Assembly: GCA_964255105.1 (NCBI GenBank)
Contig: CAXUWE010000001.1
Span: forward strand, 1 to 64,000
DNA: 64,000 bases
Direction: 5' to 3'
Source of the DNA: Porpidia crustulata
Taxonomy: Eukaryota
Positions 1-11,410 of this stretch are shown piece after piece. The number at the start of each line of letters is the position of its first letter. Position 1 is the stretch's first letter. The position numbers and the translations under genes are program-made. The notes below the pieces were generated by a model, which saw only the letters and a program-made list of their open reading frames with translations, was not told the DNA's origin and made no database searches.

Positions 1-345
1 CGCGCCCAACATGTCCTCCCTCGCCCTCTTCAGTCCATCCAGCGCCGCTCTCTCGGCTCTGGCTTGCGCGCCCACCATGTCCTCCCTCGCCCTCTTCTGT
101 GCATCCAGCGCCGCTCTCTCGGCTCTGGCTTGCGCGCCCACAGTGTCCTCCCTCGCTCTCCTCTGCGCGTCCAGCGCCGCTCTCTCGGCTCTGGCTTGTG
201 CGCCCACCATATCCTCCCTCGCCCTCCTTTGGGCGTCCAGCGCCGCTCTCTCGGCTCTAGCCTGCGCGCCCACTATGTCCTCCCTCGCCCTCCTCTGCGC
301 GCCCAGCGCCGCTTTCTCACCTCTGGCTTGCGCACCCACTGTACT
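1..345 (-). repeat. 66-bp coding tandem repeat, at least 5 copies (GAQARAERAALDAQRRAREDMV)
   Basis: The unit (a/g)t(g/a)tcctccctcgc recurs at 11, 77, 143, 209 and 275, degenerate at 341; period 66 nt. Confidence 0.92.
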
Positions 346-1935
346 CCCATCCGCCCTCGCCTCAGCGTCCACCGCCGCACGATTGGCTCTCCGCTGCGCA
401 GCCGTGGTCGCTTCGCTGGACCTCCTTTGCGCATCCGCAACGACACGCTCGGCTCTAGCATGCGCTGTTGCTGCTGAATCGACGGCTCTGATGTAAGCAT
501 CCGTTGCCACACGACTGGCTCTGCGCTGCGCGTTTGGTGCTTGCTCTTGAGCGAGATTACTGACCTCGAGACCGTGCTGTAAGCCCCTGGCGCAGGCTTC
601 ACGAGCCTGGTTGTGAGCACGAAAGGCAATATCGCGGCCGTGAGCGCCGGCGTCGAGTGAGTGTTGGCGGGCGAGATCTTGGGCCCCGGCGACAGCTTCG
701 CGCCAGGAGGATTGTCGTACTGGTTCGGGTCGATTGGATCCGTTTCTGTATGAGGCGCCAGGAGCGGTGGAGATCTCGCAGTCTCTTTTTCCAGCTCTCC
801 TGTGTCGGAGTCTTCTCTCTGCCTTTTCCCTGGCTTTAGCTTCCTTGATAGCTGACTTGACTTCCTTTTTGACTTCCTTTTTGTGCGCTTTCATCTGTTC
901 TTTGAACTCTCTACTTCGTTGCTTGCGCTCTTGTTTTGAGAGTGGACGGCGCTGAGATAGTAAGTCCTCCCGCAATTGGCGCACGGATAAGGCAATGTCA
1001 GTGAACCTTGTGGGCGAGAGACGGAAATTATTCAGGGAGTTGGAGATGCCAGTGGGCGTCGTGCCCTCAAGGTCGGCGGAAGAGATTGACGAGATAGAGG
1101 AGGAAGAAGCCGAAGAGGATGAACGGGAGCGATCACGGTCCGAGTGCAATTGTTGACGAGGGTTGTCTCGGGGATTCACGGATGATGTTTGTCTATCAAA
1201 TGTGGATCCTTGGGGATAGATTGCAGGAGGTACACCATTGCTTGAGACACCGTACGGTACTTGTGGATTACCATTTTGTGGTATTGTCGAAGCATCAAGG
1301 GGCAAAGGCTGGACCGGTATCACTCTGGATCTTGCAATCATAGGACTTGTAAACTCCGGAGATACATGGATCCCTCGTGGGCCAAAGAAGCCGGAATTCC
1401 ATTCTCCAAATACCAGTTCAAGCTGCTCTCGACGCTCCAGACTATCATCCTGAGTGACAGAATGTCTGTCCTTCTGATCGTCATGCTTCCTTGCATTGTC
1501 AAGAGGACCAGGGTCACGCTCTGGTAGCAGATAATTCACAAACGTATTCCAATCAGTAGTATTAACGTCTCTAGCACGATATCTATCTTCAGGCTGTGGA
1601 AAGCCGAGGTCCTCTTCGGTCATTTCAGAGCCCAAAACAATCTGGTGCCGAAGTACAATGTATGGAATATGGGACTTGCATGGTCGGTCCTCGAAATATG
1701 CTGCAGCGGATGACAAGGCTGACGCCTGGAGTGCGATTGGCCGGATGTATCCACCTCGCAAAGATGTCCTGACGGATGAGGTTCCATTGCTTAGTCCGTA
1801 AGCAGGCAACTCAGCTGTAAGTGCTATGGAATCTGGCAGCCCTACTCCCGAAGCTGGAGAAAGGGAAGCCTGAGGATCCTCTGAGCTATAGGGTGGAGGA
1901 GGGAGGCCTTCGGTGTCATTAGATAAGACACGCAT
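1..1935 (-). CDS. Uncharacterised fungal protein with N-terminal PPxY motif and C-terminal 22-aa tandem helical repeats (3' end runs off the window)
   Basis: Manual scan found no stop on the minus strand from ATG at 1935 (MRVLSNDTEGLPPPPYSS...) to position 1; an in-frame stop lies just upstream at 1948-1950. Contains RDVNTTDWNTFVNYLLP and EWNSGFFGPRGI segments, a Ser-rich tract, a K/E/R-rich coil, then repeats. Absent from the ORF track because it has no stop in the window. Confidence 0.85.
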   Translation of the reverse strand, partial: MRVLSNDTEGLPPPPYSSEDPQASLSPASGVGLPDSIALTAELPAYGLSNGTSSVRTSLRGGYIRPIALQASALSSAAAYFEDRPCKSHIPYIVLRHQIVLGSEMTEEDLGFPQPEDRYRARDVNTTDWNTFVNYLLPERDPGPLDNARKHDDQKDRHSVTQDDSLERREQLELVFGEWNSGFFGPRGIHVSPEFTSPMIARSRVIPVQPLPLDASTIPQNGNPQVPYGVSSNGVPPAIYPQGSTFDRQTSSVNPRDNPRQQLHSDRDRSRSSSSASSSSISSISSADLEGTTPTGISNSLNNFRLSPTRFTDIALSVRQLREDLLSQRRPLSKQERKQRSREFKEQMKAHKKEVKKEVKSAIKEAKAREKAERRLRHRRAGKRDCEISTAPGASYRNGSNRPEPVRQSSWREAVAGAQDLARQHSLDAGAHGRDIAFRAHNQAREACARGLQHGLEVSNLAQEQAPNAQRRASRVATDAYIRAVDSAATAHARAERVVADAQRRSSEATTAAQRRANRAAVDAEARADGSTVGAQARGEKAALGAQRRAREDIVGAQARAERAALDAQRRAREDMVGAQARAERAALDAQRRAREDTVGAQARAERAALDAQKRAREDMVGAQARAERAALDGLKRAREDMLGA

Positions 1936-2467
1936 AATGCTAGAAATCTAGAATTGAGATACTTCTTGAGATGGAATTATTTGACGACAGCTCAATGAGA
2001 ATGGAGTAGAATAGCAAAGTTGAGAGATTGCACAGCCAAGGCAGCAGTCTTGAAGTATATGACCACCTTGTCGAATTCAATCTAATGGAATTGATGACCG
2101 AGGTGCCGAGGTTGTCAGCCTGCACGGGAGCTTACGTCCTCCTTCAGGATCGAAGCGAGATATAATGCAGGCTAGCCCATAGTTCATCCTTACCAACTAC
2201 TGAACCGTTCTCACCATCACACGACTCTAGTATCTCTGGGTACCTTTCCATTACTACACCTTTGGACACGTCGAGGGCGAGCTTCTGCGATATTTAGGCA
2301 AGAAAGTGGTCGTGGTGGAGGGCTTACATCATACCAGTCATTGAATGTTATAGTAGATAAAAGGAAATTATATGTACCTAGACTAGAGAATGGCCAAAGG
2401 TATCGCATTTCTGCTTCCCGATCCTATAGATCACTTTACAGAATAGCATGCCATCATCCGTTAAGTC

Positions 2468-4741
2468 TCAACTTAATTCATAGAATCCTTTCTCGCCTTC
2501 GCTTTCTTTCGCTACCTGCTCCACATCAATTGTAACTCCCTCCTTCAAAGCTCGTTCGATTGCTTTTCGCTTGACCTGGCAGTCCGCCATGTATCTGCAT
2601 TTCGTTCTCTGTCTCCAAAATGCATTATTGACACTCGATGAGCCGTACAAATCCACAAATAAGGTGAGAAGAACCAGACCTGTCGTTGTCGAGACTAACC
2701 CCAAAGAGGTCAGGGAACCAGCTAGTGGCAGGCAGATGAGGACAACCGAAATGGCTGCGCGGAATATGAGGCGTTGTGTCTTGGTCAGGCGTTGGCCTTC
2801 AATCTTTTTATGAACATGGGTCATCGAGATGACGCTCATGCATCCCAGAGCAATGCCCAGGCCAGCACAGTAGAACCATCGTAGCCCAGGGGCAATCTCC
2901 GACTCAGAGCGGCCAATGTATGCCTCGCCCAAGGTCTCTTTGTCCGTATTGGTGCAATCATTGGCAAGGACTAATTTAGACAACGAGGCCCCAGCAAGGA
3001 CGTACCCCATGATAAAAGGTAAATGAGCTGATATCCACGCGATAGATGATAAAACATGCCGTCGGATGGCATGAGTATGCAGGTTGTACCCATCGATCTC
3101 AAAGTATAACCAATTGAAGCTGAAGGCTTGGATCAGGCCGAGGACGGCTTTGCCAAAGAACGCGTTGATTCCGAAAGGAGCCTTGTTTTGATAAAGAAGG
3201 GCTACTACCGAGTAACCAAACACAAGAGTCACAAACGCATTCGTTCTTTCCGTCTTGTGCTCTATATTTACAGCGGGAACAAAGTCAAACAAGTTTCGCA
3301 GCTTTTCTTGAAGCTTGGGACTCCACAGTCGAACAGTACCTCTGGTAAAGATGACGAGCCAGACTGCTGCGAATAAATCTAATACAATAGCAACCCAGAC
3401 TATGGCCAGTCGATCAGGGTAGTCGATATGTATGCTAGTCACCCACAGCACGCTGGGAATGGCAACGATTATTGAGTTCGCGACCATATAGCCCCGCACC
3501 ATTGGTATCAGGTATGCCATCCAAAGATAAGAAACGCCGGAGAAGAGCCTCTGAGCAAGCTAGTGTGAGACGCCGACGATCAGTCTGGATTGTTGTTGAC
3601 GAAGCCGAAGGAAAAAACAACTTTCCCTCGCGCAGGATATGCCAAGAGAGGAATGGATTCAATTTTTAGACTGCAGGATTTACTTACATAGAATGATATC
3701 AATTCAGAGTATGTTGTATTGAAGGCTTCGCTGATGTTCAAGGTATAGCCGAAGAGACAGATCATCACGAATAAGACACAAATGCGTTGAAATATGTCAT
3801 CTAGATAAAGTCAGAGAGGGTACTTATAAGGACATCATCTTAGGTTAGGATGCACCTGTTTCAAACCAACTCACGATCAAAGTAAGGTCACTCCACATTT
3901 TCCACCCAAGAATGAATGTGATGGCGAATCGAAGTAGGCCAGTGCCATTGGGGTTCGCAGACGCATTGTCTCCCACAATAGATATAATACCGACGTAGAG
4001 GAGGTCCACGAAGAGCTCAAATGATGCTACCTCTTCGATTTCTGCGGCTCGCCAGATGAGACCTTTGTGGAAATATTGTCGCATTACAGGTCGCTTCCAG
4101 AACCGTAACGCTGTCCCATTTTGACGCTCAGCATCCCAATCGCGTCTTTCATGGGCAGAAGAATGATCGAAGGTTATAGAGCTAGCAGACGAGTCGGGCT
4201 CCCTTGTCCCTATATTGCTTACATTAGCTCCTGATAGCCGATACCCAAGAGTTGTAGATCATCACACACTCAAGTGGGCATCATAGCCAAATTTGGAGAA
4301 ATTAGCATCCAGGGAAACGCCGTGCTCAGTCAAGAGGTGAAGCTCTTTCGAAAGTGTGTCGAGCTGTACATNNNNNNNNNNGTACATGAAGATTTTCGAA
4401 ATCATCATATATTTCTGCGTGTTTCTCACGGAGCTCATTGCGCCTTTGTTCATGGTGAGCATGAATCTCTCGGACTACTTCAAGCTATGATATATCAGAA
4501 ACAAAGACAATTCTTCCATCCTCTAGCGACTCACATGTTCTGGGGAACCGTGTATGTAAATATCAAACTGGTCATCCGGCTCAGTCGTGTTCAGTGTTTT
4601 TTGAAGCCTGCCGTGCTCTTCTGGGGATCCCGCGACATGTACTCTTCTTCCATTTGGCTTAAGGAGCTTCCTCAATCTCTTGCCAGTATGATGAGAGCTT
4701 GAATGTTCACTTTGACCTAATCCGGTTGGTGTGGAAGCCAT
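2468..4741 (-). CDS. Low-temperature-requirement A (LtrA)-family multi-pass membrane protein, multi-exon
   Basis: ASFELFVDLLYVGII and NIEHKTERTNAFVTLVFG motifs and many hydrophobic segments; ORF pieces 4523-4741, 4262-4462, 3845-4084, 3580-3768 and 2468-3520 are separated by GT-AG introns; spans the N-gap at 4372-4381. Confidence 0.85.
4372..4381. other. Assembly gap (10 N) flanked by duplicated GTACAT
   Basis: gtacat at 4366-4371 and again at 4382-4387. Confidence 0.95.
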
Positions 4742-5225
4742 GACTCTGATTCGGATAAGATGTCCCAGGCGCCGTTAATTCTTCATCTGAACCTGGAGCG
4801 AATGGTACTGAGCAAAGGGCCAATCTGCAGCGACAGTGTTTCTTGTCCATCAGGCTGTCACATGTTATCGCGTTTTGCGCTTATCTTATCTTGATCTTAG
4901 AGAAGAGTAAGGTACCTCTGCCCTACAAGGCCGTTTCGAAGCCAGCGTATCAAACCGACGTCATGGTGTACATGCAGTGTATGGCATTGCAGTGTAGTCA
5001 CAGTCCAAGTGAACAACCCAGAGTTCTTGATGGCTTACTTGGCCATGAACCATGTGCCTTTACAATCGTGGGAGTCAACGGGGACACGGGGGAGTAGGTA
5101 GTACATTCAATGGCAAAGACCAAGGACAAAACGACACAGTCCCGAAGCCTATGCGAGATGTCTGTGACGGCTCTTATACGGGGCGTTGAAGATGCCGGTA
5201 CCCAAATTTAACCCAGGAATTGATT

Positions 5226-6011
5226 TCATACCTTACTTTCGTTCCGCTCTACTAAATCTCCTACCCCCAGACCCCTTCCGACCTTGACCTTTCTTTTTTT
5301 GCCTTTGATCTTGCCTCCATCGCCCTCCGCCTCCCCTTTTTTACCAACATCTCCCACCCCATCTCCTTCGTCAGAATCTGCATCCATCGTCTGCTCTCTT
5401 ATGAAACTCAGGTCCATTTTCATACTGAAAGCATCTTCTTGATCGGCATAATACTTTGCCTCAACCTTTTCGACTAAGAATCCCAAAGTATCACGGTAGA
5501 GACGTAGAGCAGCAACGTTGGACTTGCGCACGTGCAAAGATACATACTGTGCCCCGAATGTCTCAACCATGGCTCTTTCTGTGCGGATCTCAACTGTCAG
5601 CTTGCAATACATACGCCAGTAAACTATCTTATATCGCAGTGACGCCTGGTATAGGCGTAGATGACAGATTACTGAGGGAATGAAACAATAAGACATACGA
5701 CTTTGTCTCATGAGTTTTTCCGCTAGCCCTAGTCGTCGATGGGTTCTCATTACACTTAAGCTTGTGATGTGCCCATGTTGAACGCCATTCACTGGCTCCT
5801 CTTCCATCTTTGCGAGAACATAACCAACAATCTTGGGAGGGTCATATGGAGTACATTTTGGGCGGGATGTATCAACTGCAACATACGAAAGTTGTGGCCA
5901 TGACAGGGCGTGATATAGGTAATATTTTAGAAAGTAGTTTTCCGGAAGATTCGTAATATTCGTAGATTGAACGTGAGGAATATCAGAGGGATGGAGGACT
6001 CGTATATCCAT
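5226..6011 (-). CDS. ARD1: N-terminal acetyltransferase NatA catalytic subunit
   Basis: [62 protein letters not shown]; one intron 5579-5698 (GTATGT..CTGAC..CAG). Confidence 0.97.
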   Translation of the reverse strand: MDIRVLHPSDIPHVQSTNITNLPENYFLKYYLYHALSWPQLSYVAVDTSRPKCTPYDPPKIVGYVLAKMEEEPVNGVQHGHITSLSVMRTHRRLGLAEKLMRQSRMSYCFIPSVICHLRLYQASLRYKIVYWRMYCKLTVEIRTERAMVETFGAQYVSLHVRKSNVAALRLYRDTLGFLVEKVEAKYYADQEDAFSMKMDLSFIREQTMDADSDEGDGVGDVGKKGEAEGDGGKIKGKKRKVKVGRGLGVGDLVERNESKV

Positions 6012-6843
6012 TGGAGTTGCTCAGTGACGCCTAACTCAGTATCGCAAGGAGCGGTACTAAGAGTTCCTAAGAAGATGAGGTGCTATGAATTTGGTGCTAA
6101 ACCGTGATTTATTCCTTTACATGTTCAATTTTGGTGTTGTAAAAAAATCAGCCCTGTGTTGGCGCTAGATGAGCTTATTGTACAGGAAAACCATTAAAAA
6201 CAGTCACATTTCTATCAGTTCATCACAGTAGCCAACACAGACACCGAAATCAGCTCAATGTGAATTCTCGACTTAGCGCTCACTTCCTTACATAAACTTC
6301 CTTGTGTCTCAAGATATTCTTACAAATATCTTAATGAAGTAATTCTTGCAAAATCTTCTCCTATCCTGAGTATACAAAGGTTTCAAATATCTACTTTTCC
6401 TTCAAACCTCAGGAATCTCCGCTGTTCCAAGCTACTATGTAAGCTCCCTACATGGTCTACCATGTGCTTTAGTCCCGGCTTACACTTATAGTGTTCCACC
6501 GCATGAAACACCTCTAGTCATCCTCACCGTTCGTACTAGTAACGAAACATCCTACTCACAGAGTTAGTATAGAATACATTATCTATCTACGTACAAATGT
6601 ATATATTATTCATGAAAAAACTTGAACTTACCCGTAGAAAAGCTTCTCCGTCACGGAGTCTCACAACCCTATCCGAGGGCTTGCGACAGCCAATACAGCT
6701 TCGGATAACTTTATTGTAACCTCTCCTTCCGAGTACAAATAAGATCTGGATGGTACGACAGGGGAACACCAACTTGACCAGACTAATATAGTTGGCAAGC
6801 GAAGTTGTCCAACGGCCCAAGAACATAGCGCGCCTTCGTGAAG

Positions 6844-7515
6844 ATGACTGGAACGGCTCACGAACACCACCAGATGCAGCCCACGACCGAAGCATGTGGG
6901 AAGGTCGAGAGTGAACAGAGTACTCTCACTGCAGTTGAAAAAAGGAAGGTTCAACTTCAAGAAAAGTATCTCGAGGTTTATCAGTCGGTATCTCAATTGA
7001 TGCAAGATGAGCTGCGTGATTTCTACAATGCAGAGCTGAAAGCCGAGGTATGGAAGAATGCGGATGAAATTAGGAAGGAAATACGGGAGCAACTCGCTCA
7101 AGAATTGGCCCCACAGGTGAAACAGGAATTAGTAAAGAAATACAGAGAGGAAATACATTCAAATCTCCCCAAGCTATATCAGGAGGAGATTGAGGAATAT
7201 AAGATCAGCGTCACAGCACACATCAAAGAGGATTACTTGCCATTGCTCAAGGCGGAAATTAGAGAGCAGTATGAGGCTGTCTTCATGCACAAACTTCGAG
7301 ATCGACTTGAGGAGCAATATACACAGACGATGCCCCAAGATGACTTTGTTCTTGACGTAGCCAATTCCTCTTTCCGTCCAAACATCCTACATTCTCTGAA
7401 AATATGCCCAAGCAATGACAGCCACTGTCGAAATCCACCGTCACTAGAGCATACACGCTTTCTGGCCGGGCAACTTCGGCATATGGCATCTTACAGCATT
7501 CCCAAGAGTATATGA
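6844..7515 (+). CDS. Hypothetical coiled-coil protein (5' end unclear, possibly decayed)
   Basis: About 225-aa ORF with an E/K/Q/L-rich heptad-like region; upstream intron-like signals do not give a stop-free extension. Confidence 0.5.
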   Translation: MTGTAHEHHQMQPTTEACGKVESEQSTLTAVEKRKVQLQEKYLEVYQSVSQLMQDELRDFYNAELKAEVWKNADEIRKEIREQLAQELAPQVKQELVKKYREEIHSNLPKLYQEEIEEYKISVTAHIKEDYLPLLKAEIREQYEAVFMHKLRDRLEEQYTQTMPQDDFVLDVANSSFRPNILHSLKICPSNDSHCRNPPSLEHTRFLAGQLRHMASYSIPKSI

Positions 7516-7573
7516 CACTATTTAGCTTCGCTGCGACTTCGAAGACGGGACCAGGGAAGGGGTCTTCGTTGTA

Positions 7574-10500
7574 TTAATCCATGATTAGTAGGTTGTCGTC
7601 GCACAGATAACCGTGCATCTCGTTTTCCGCGTCCAGATCCTCCTGCTCCTGCCGCGCCTGACGTCTCAAAGCTTCCTCCTGGAACTGCGCCGCTTGTAAG
7701 CACGCTTGCTCCGCTAAATACTGTTTCTCCTGTTGTAGTCTTGCTGCCTTCTCTTGAGGAGTTTCCGGGGCACGCCGGGTACGCTGTTGCCGCGGCTTCT
7801 TCGCTGACTTCTTCGGAGCAGGGGCGTGGGTCCCGTCCATCTCCTTCAACTGCTTTTTAGTCACCCTTGTCGCTTTGAAAGTTTTGGTTACCCGATTCTT
7901 TTGCTGGCAGCCAGTGTATGAAGCATCATTTTTACGAGCCTCCGCTGCGTCCAAGACGGCTTCGTCGACGTTGGGAACGAACGGCCTTTGCACTCCGTTG
8001 ATGTTGTTCAGTTGCTGGTTGTGATACTGCCCAGGTAGCGCTAATCTCAAAGCATCATTGGAGGGTTCGACCATCCATGACAATTGACTGTGCCTCTTCC
8101 GTGTCACTTTCTCAGCAATCTCAGGCACCGCTTTCGAGGGTTGACTCTGGGACGAAGACTGACGTGAAATTGTAGTCGAGGTGTTGCCAAGTGATGGGAC
8201 TGTTGTTGAATCATCATCTCGAGTTAGATCTATGAGTTTAGACGAGTCTGAAGAATAAGTGCTATCGTTGCGAGCATGTCCGATTGGGAAAGCTGCCGTG
8301 GTATGACCGAATGTTGGAAATCCTGGAGGGCTATCGGTGGTAGTATCGAGAGGTGGACCAGCTATACTGGTTGCCGAAGATACACGCATGTCTGACATCG
8401 GCGCGGGTCCTTCAATCATAGCATTCTTTGGTACTATACGACGATAAAGAGTATCATTGGAGGGAGGGTTTGACGGAGGGATTTTCGCCAGATGCAAAGC
8501 TTCACCGGCCTGCGCCTTCCACGCCTGGACCTCGCCGCGTAGCTGCTCTTTTTCGGAATTGGAATCTCGCATTGCAGCCTTTAGCTTTTCAATGCTGTCT
8601 TCGCGCTGTTGAATGCTATTTCGAAGTTCTATGATCGTATTCTCGTATCCAGTGCAACGCGTTGAGAGTGCTACATTTTGCGCCTTGAAGTTCTCATTAG
8701 CCTTAACAGCTTTTACTCGCATTTCGTCATGAGGATAAATAATTTGTGGCGCTCCGGCTTCGCTAAAGCTGTAGACAAATTCCAGTGTACGTGAGGTGAT
8801 CATCGGATTGTAGAGTCGTGAGGGAAGGGCCATTATGAGTTGTCCGAGATTGTCGGTAATAACACCTGGAGTCTCAGATGAGACCATCCCATTACTCAAC
8901 AAATATGAAGTAAAATCCCTTGCTACTTGAAAATTGTCAGCAAATCTCAAAGGAGGCCGACAAAAAACCGTCTTACGTGAATACACTCTAGGTTGTGCAG
9001 TGAGTCCCCATGCAAGCGTGTCGTCAGCCTGACCATTCGTGCGAAATTGATCGTCTTCAATGTTTTGCAACTCCCCACGACCAGGGGCTATCTGCAGACT
9101 ACGTGGATTATACATGCTGGCTTCGGAATGTATCGCACCCAGAACGGGAAGAGAATTCGCCCTTTTTCGACGCTGGCTGGCGATATTCCTTGTAATGGAA
9201 CAGACCACTGGTAGGGCTGAATTGACACTCGTAGACTTCTGCTGCCTCAAGTCAAAAATTGTACGATTGATACTGTTGCGTAGAGTGGAGTTGGAAAAAG
9301 ACAGATTGGAGAAAACTGATGGATGGTTGTCTATGAATGGGTGCCTGTAAGATATAGTCTTGAGGTGTTTTTCAGAAGATTGAGACGGCTGGGAAACCAA
9401 TCCAACACAAGAATTATGCAGAAATTTTAGTTTATCACAAGCCACGTCGCACGTAACACTGGGGAAGACCTGTGCCGAACTTTCCCTATTTTGGGCAATA
9501 AGTTCTATCGATGATGAGTCAGTATTCATAGGGCACGGCTTGTCATAACAACTGATGGATCTCCTTGGTCTAGTCTTCTTCTGGCTCAGAACTTTAGCGG
9601 ATGTACAACGAACGTAGAGGTTCTCGGTGGCTATTTCCCCGTCGCTGCTACTGGTAGAATCAATCCTTGCGGCTCCAGTATTAGCTTCTCCGAGCCGATG
9701 ATTTTGAAGTTGTATTTCTGGGAGCGCAAATGCTTCTCCTAATTCCGAGGATTGCCCTGAGCCGGCCTCCTCTGATATATTGAGACCACTGACATTCTCT
9801 GTAGGAGGGTGTCTGCTCGTAGTTGTTCTTTGACTGCGCACTGCTCTGGATCCATGCTGGTGGCGCACATCAGGACGAAGATGAGAAGTCAACTCTTCTC
9901 GCGCTTGATTACTATCTTTGCTACCAGGTAGAGCGGCATTGGGGTGCTTGAACTGGCTGTTTCCTTTCCAAGCTGTGCGTAGATGACCAATAGAATATTC
10001 TGACAAATATCCAGGCAACTTTCTATCTCCCACTCTTCTCCTTTTCCTTGCAAACGTAAGAGGACTTGGATCTATTGATGTATAATGGCTCTTCACCTGA
10101 GCTCCCTCGACGGCTTTTGAGCAATCTTCCTCACTGAGTGCAATGGTGGTAGGACCGGGATTGTAAGATGCACAACAGCCAGGACTACTGACGACATTAT
10201 GGTTGGCTACGAGCTCCTCATCGCCAGATAATCCGCGGACGTCCTGGACAGAAGCTTGCCCCGTCGAAGGGCGTATCACGAATTGGTTTTCACTGTAAGC
10301 ATGATCGTGTTGAGGCTCCCACACATATTCTAGAGGCGTCGATGTACATTGTGCTGCAGACCGTTCCTCAACATGTGTAGGGAAATTGGTAGTCTGCGTT
10401 CGCCCTCGGCGTTTGCTGACATGTCTAGCATATTGACCGTTCCCTACGGTGTCCAGTGCCTTTTCATTCTTCTTCGATATCTGTGATCCGGGGGAAAGTG

Positions 10501-10681
10501 TAAGCCCCAGATCACTGCTTGAGTGCCTACCCCTGGCTGAAATAACTGGAGAAGCATAATTACCTTCTTCCAACCTCTTGGCCCTCCCTGTCTTCTTGAG
10601 TGACAGGAAAGCCATGGCCACTGTTAATTTTACTCTACATACTTCCCCAACCAGGGATGGTATATATGGTATTGAGAGCAA
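7574..10681 (-). CDS. Hypothetical ~1000-aa low-complexity protein with a central coiled coil (first ATG near 10615)
   Basis: Uninterrupted 3.1-kb ORF, S/R/T-rich, coiled coil (ENTIIELRNSIQQREDSIEKLK), basic C-terminal region; no recognised domain. Confidence 0.75.
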   Translation of the reverse strand: MLSIPYIPSLVGEVCRVKLTVAMAFLSLKKTGRAKRLEEGNYASPVISARGRHSSSDLGLTLSPGSQISKKNEKALDTVGNGQYARHVSKRRGRTQTTNFPTHVEERSAAQCTSTPLEYVWEPQHDHAYSENQFVIRPSTGQASVQDVRGLSGDEELVANHNVVSSPGCCASYNPGPTTIALSEEDCSKAVEGAQVKSHYTSIDPSPLTFARKRRRVGDRKLPGYLSEYSIGHLRTAWKGNSQFKHPNAALPGSKDSNQAREELTSHLRPDVRHQHGSRAVRSQRTTTSRHPPTENVSGLNISEEAGSGQSSELGEAFALPEIQLQNHRLGEANTGAARIDSTSSSDGEIATENLYVRCTSAKVLSQKKTRPRRSISCYDKPCPMNTDSSSIELIAQNRESSAQVFPSVTCDVACDKLKFLHNSCVGLVSQPSQSSEKHLKTISYRHPFIDNHPSVFSNLSFSNSTLRNSINRTIFDLRQQKSTSVNSALPVVCSITRNIASQRRKRANSLPVLGAIHSEASMYNPRSLQIAPGRGELQNIEDDQFRTNGQADDTLAWGLTAQPRVYSRKTVFCRPPLRFADNFQVARDFTSYLLSNGMVSSETPGVITDNLGQLIMALPSRLYNPMITSRTLEFVYSFSEAGAPQIIYPHDEMRVKAVKANENFKAQNVALSTRCTGYENTIIELRNSIQQREDSIEKLKAAMRDSNSEKEQLRGEVQAWKAQAGEALHLAKIPPSNPPSNDTLYRRIVPKNAMIEGPAPMSDMRVSSATSIAGPPLDTTTDSPPGFPTFGHTTAAFPIGHARNDSTYSSDSSKLIDLTRDDDSTTVPSLGNTSTTISRQSSSQSQPSKAVPEIAEKVTRKRHSQLSWMVEPSNDALRLALPGQYHNQQLNNINGVQRPFVPNVDEAVLDAAEARKNDASYTGCQQKNRVTKTFKATRVTKKQLKEMDGTHAPAPKKSAKKPRQQRTRRAPETPQEKAARLQQEKQYLAEQACLQAAQFQEEALRRQARQEQEDLDAENEMHGYLCDDNLLIMD

Positions 10682-11410
10682 GGGAATGCCAAGATCTGTA
10701 AGAGGGTCTGCTCAGGTAAGATCGACAAAAAAAGTCATGGGAAATACTACCACTGAAGGCAAGCTGTGGGATACCAAACAGCCATGCACTCAGTCTGTTG
10801 TCCATTCATTTACAATTAGACGCTTTTGCTGAAAGACACGACGTTGAAAATTACAATTACTTGGTGTGATCTATGTACATATGATTTACCTTATTCGGAT
10901 TATTACTGGTGCTGCTGCAAGCGGGCCCCAGGGTATCTCAACATCAGCGAGGATGGTTCATTCTTGTCTGAAAAGTATCTAGAACGCTGAAGATGTCGAA
11001 AGTCGAGGCAACGACGTAGAATCAACTCTACCAATTGTCAGCGCCTCTGCTGCCCCTCAAGTCTCCAAGCAATAAATCCATGGAATACCTAGTCTTCTCT
11101 GGCTTGCACGAGATGTTCACTCAAAGCGGTTAGATAGCCATCGCGTGAAATATAACATTGCAGTAGTGTGGTATTCTTACCTTGCCGCTTATCCTTACAG
11201 CGTTGCCTGGTAAAGCAGCTGTACTGAGTGGTTCGTCCAGCAGATTATCAAGAGAAATTCAAGCTCGTTTATCTCTGTTTGTTCACATTCCATCAACACC
11301 TGACCTACTGGCATGTCTATCATGAAAGTGCGCCCAAGGTCTGCTTAGTCTTTCCTGCAATGGCCTCAGCCCAATAAAACCCTCGAGCTGTATTTATCTC
11401 AAATATCGAT

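Noticed and set aside
11..496. Plus-strand Ala/Ser/Leu repeat ORFs (11..496, 64..477)
   Set aside because: Antisense shadows of the much longer minus-strand repeat gene.
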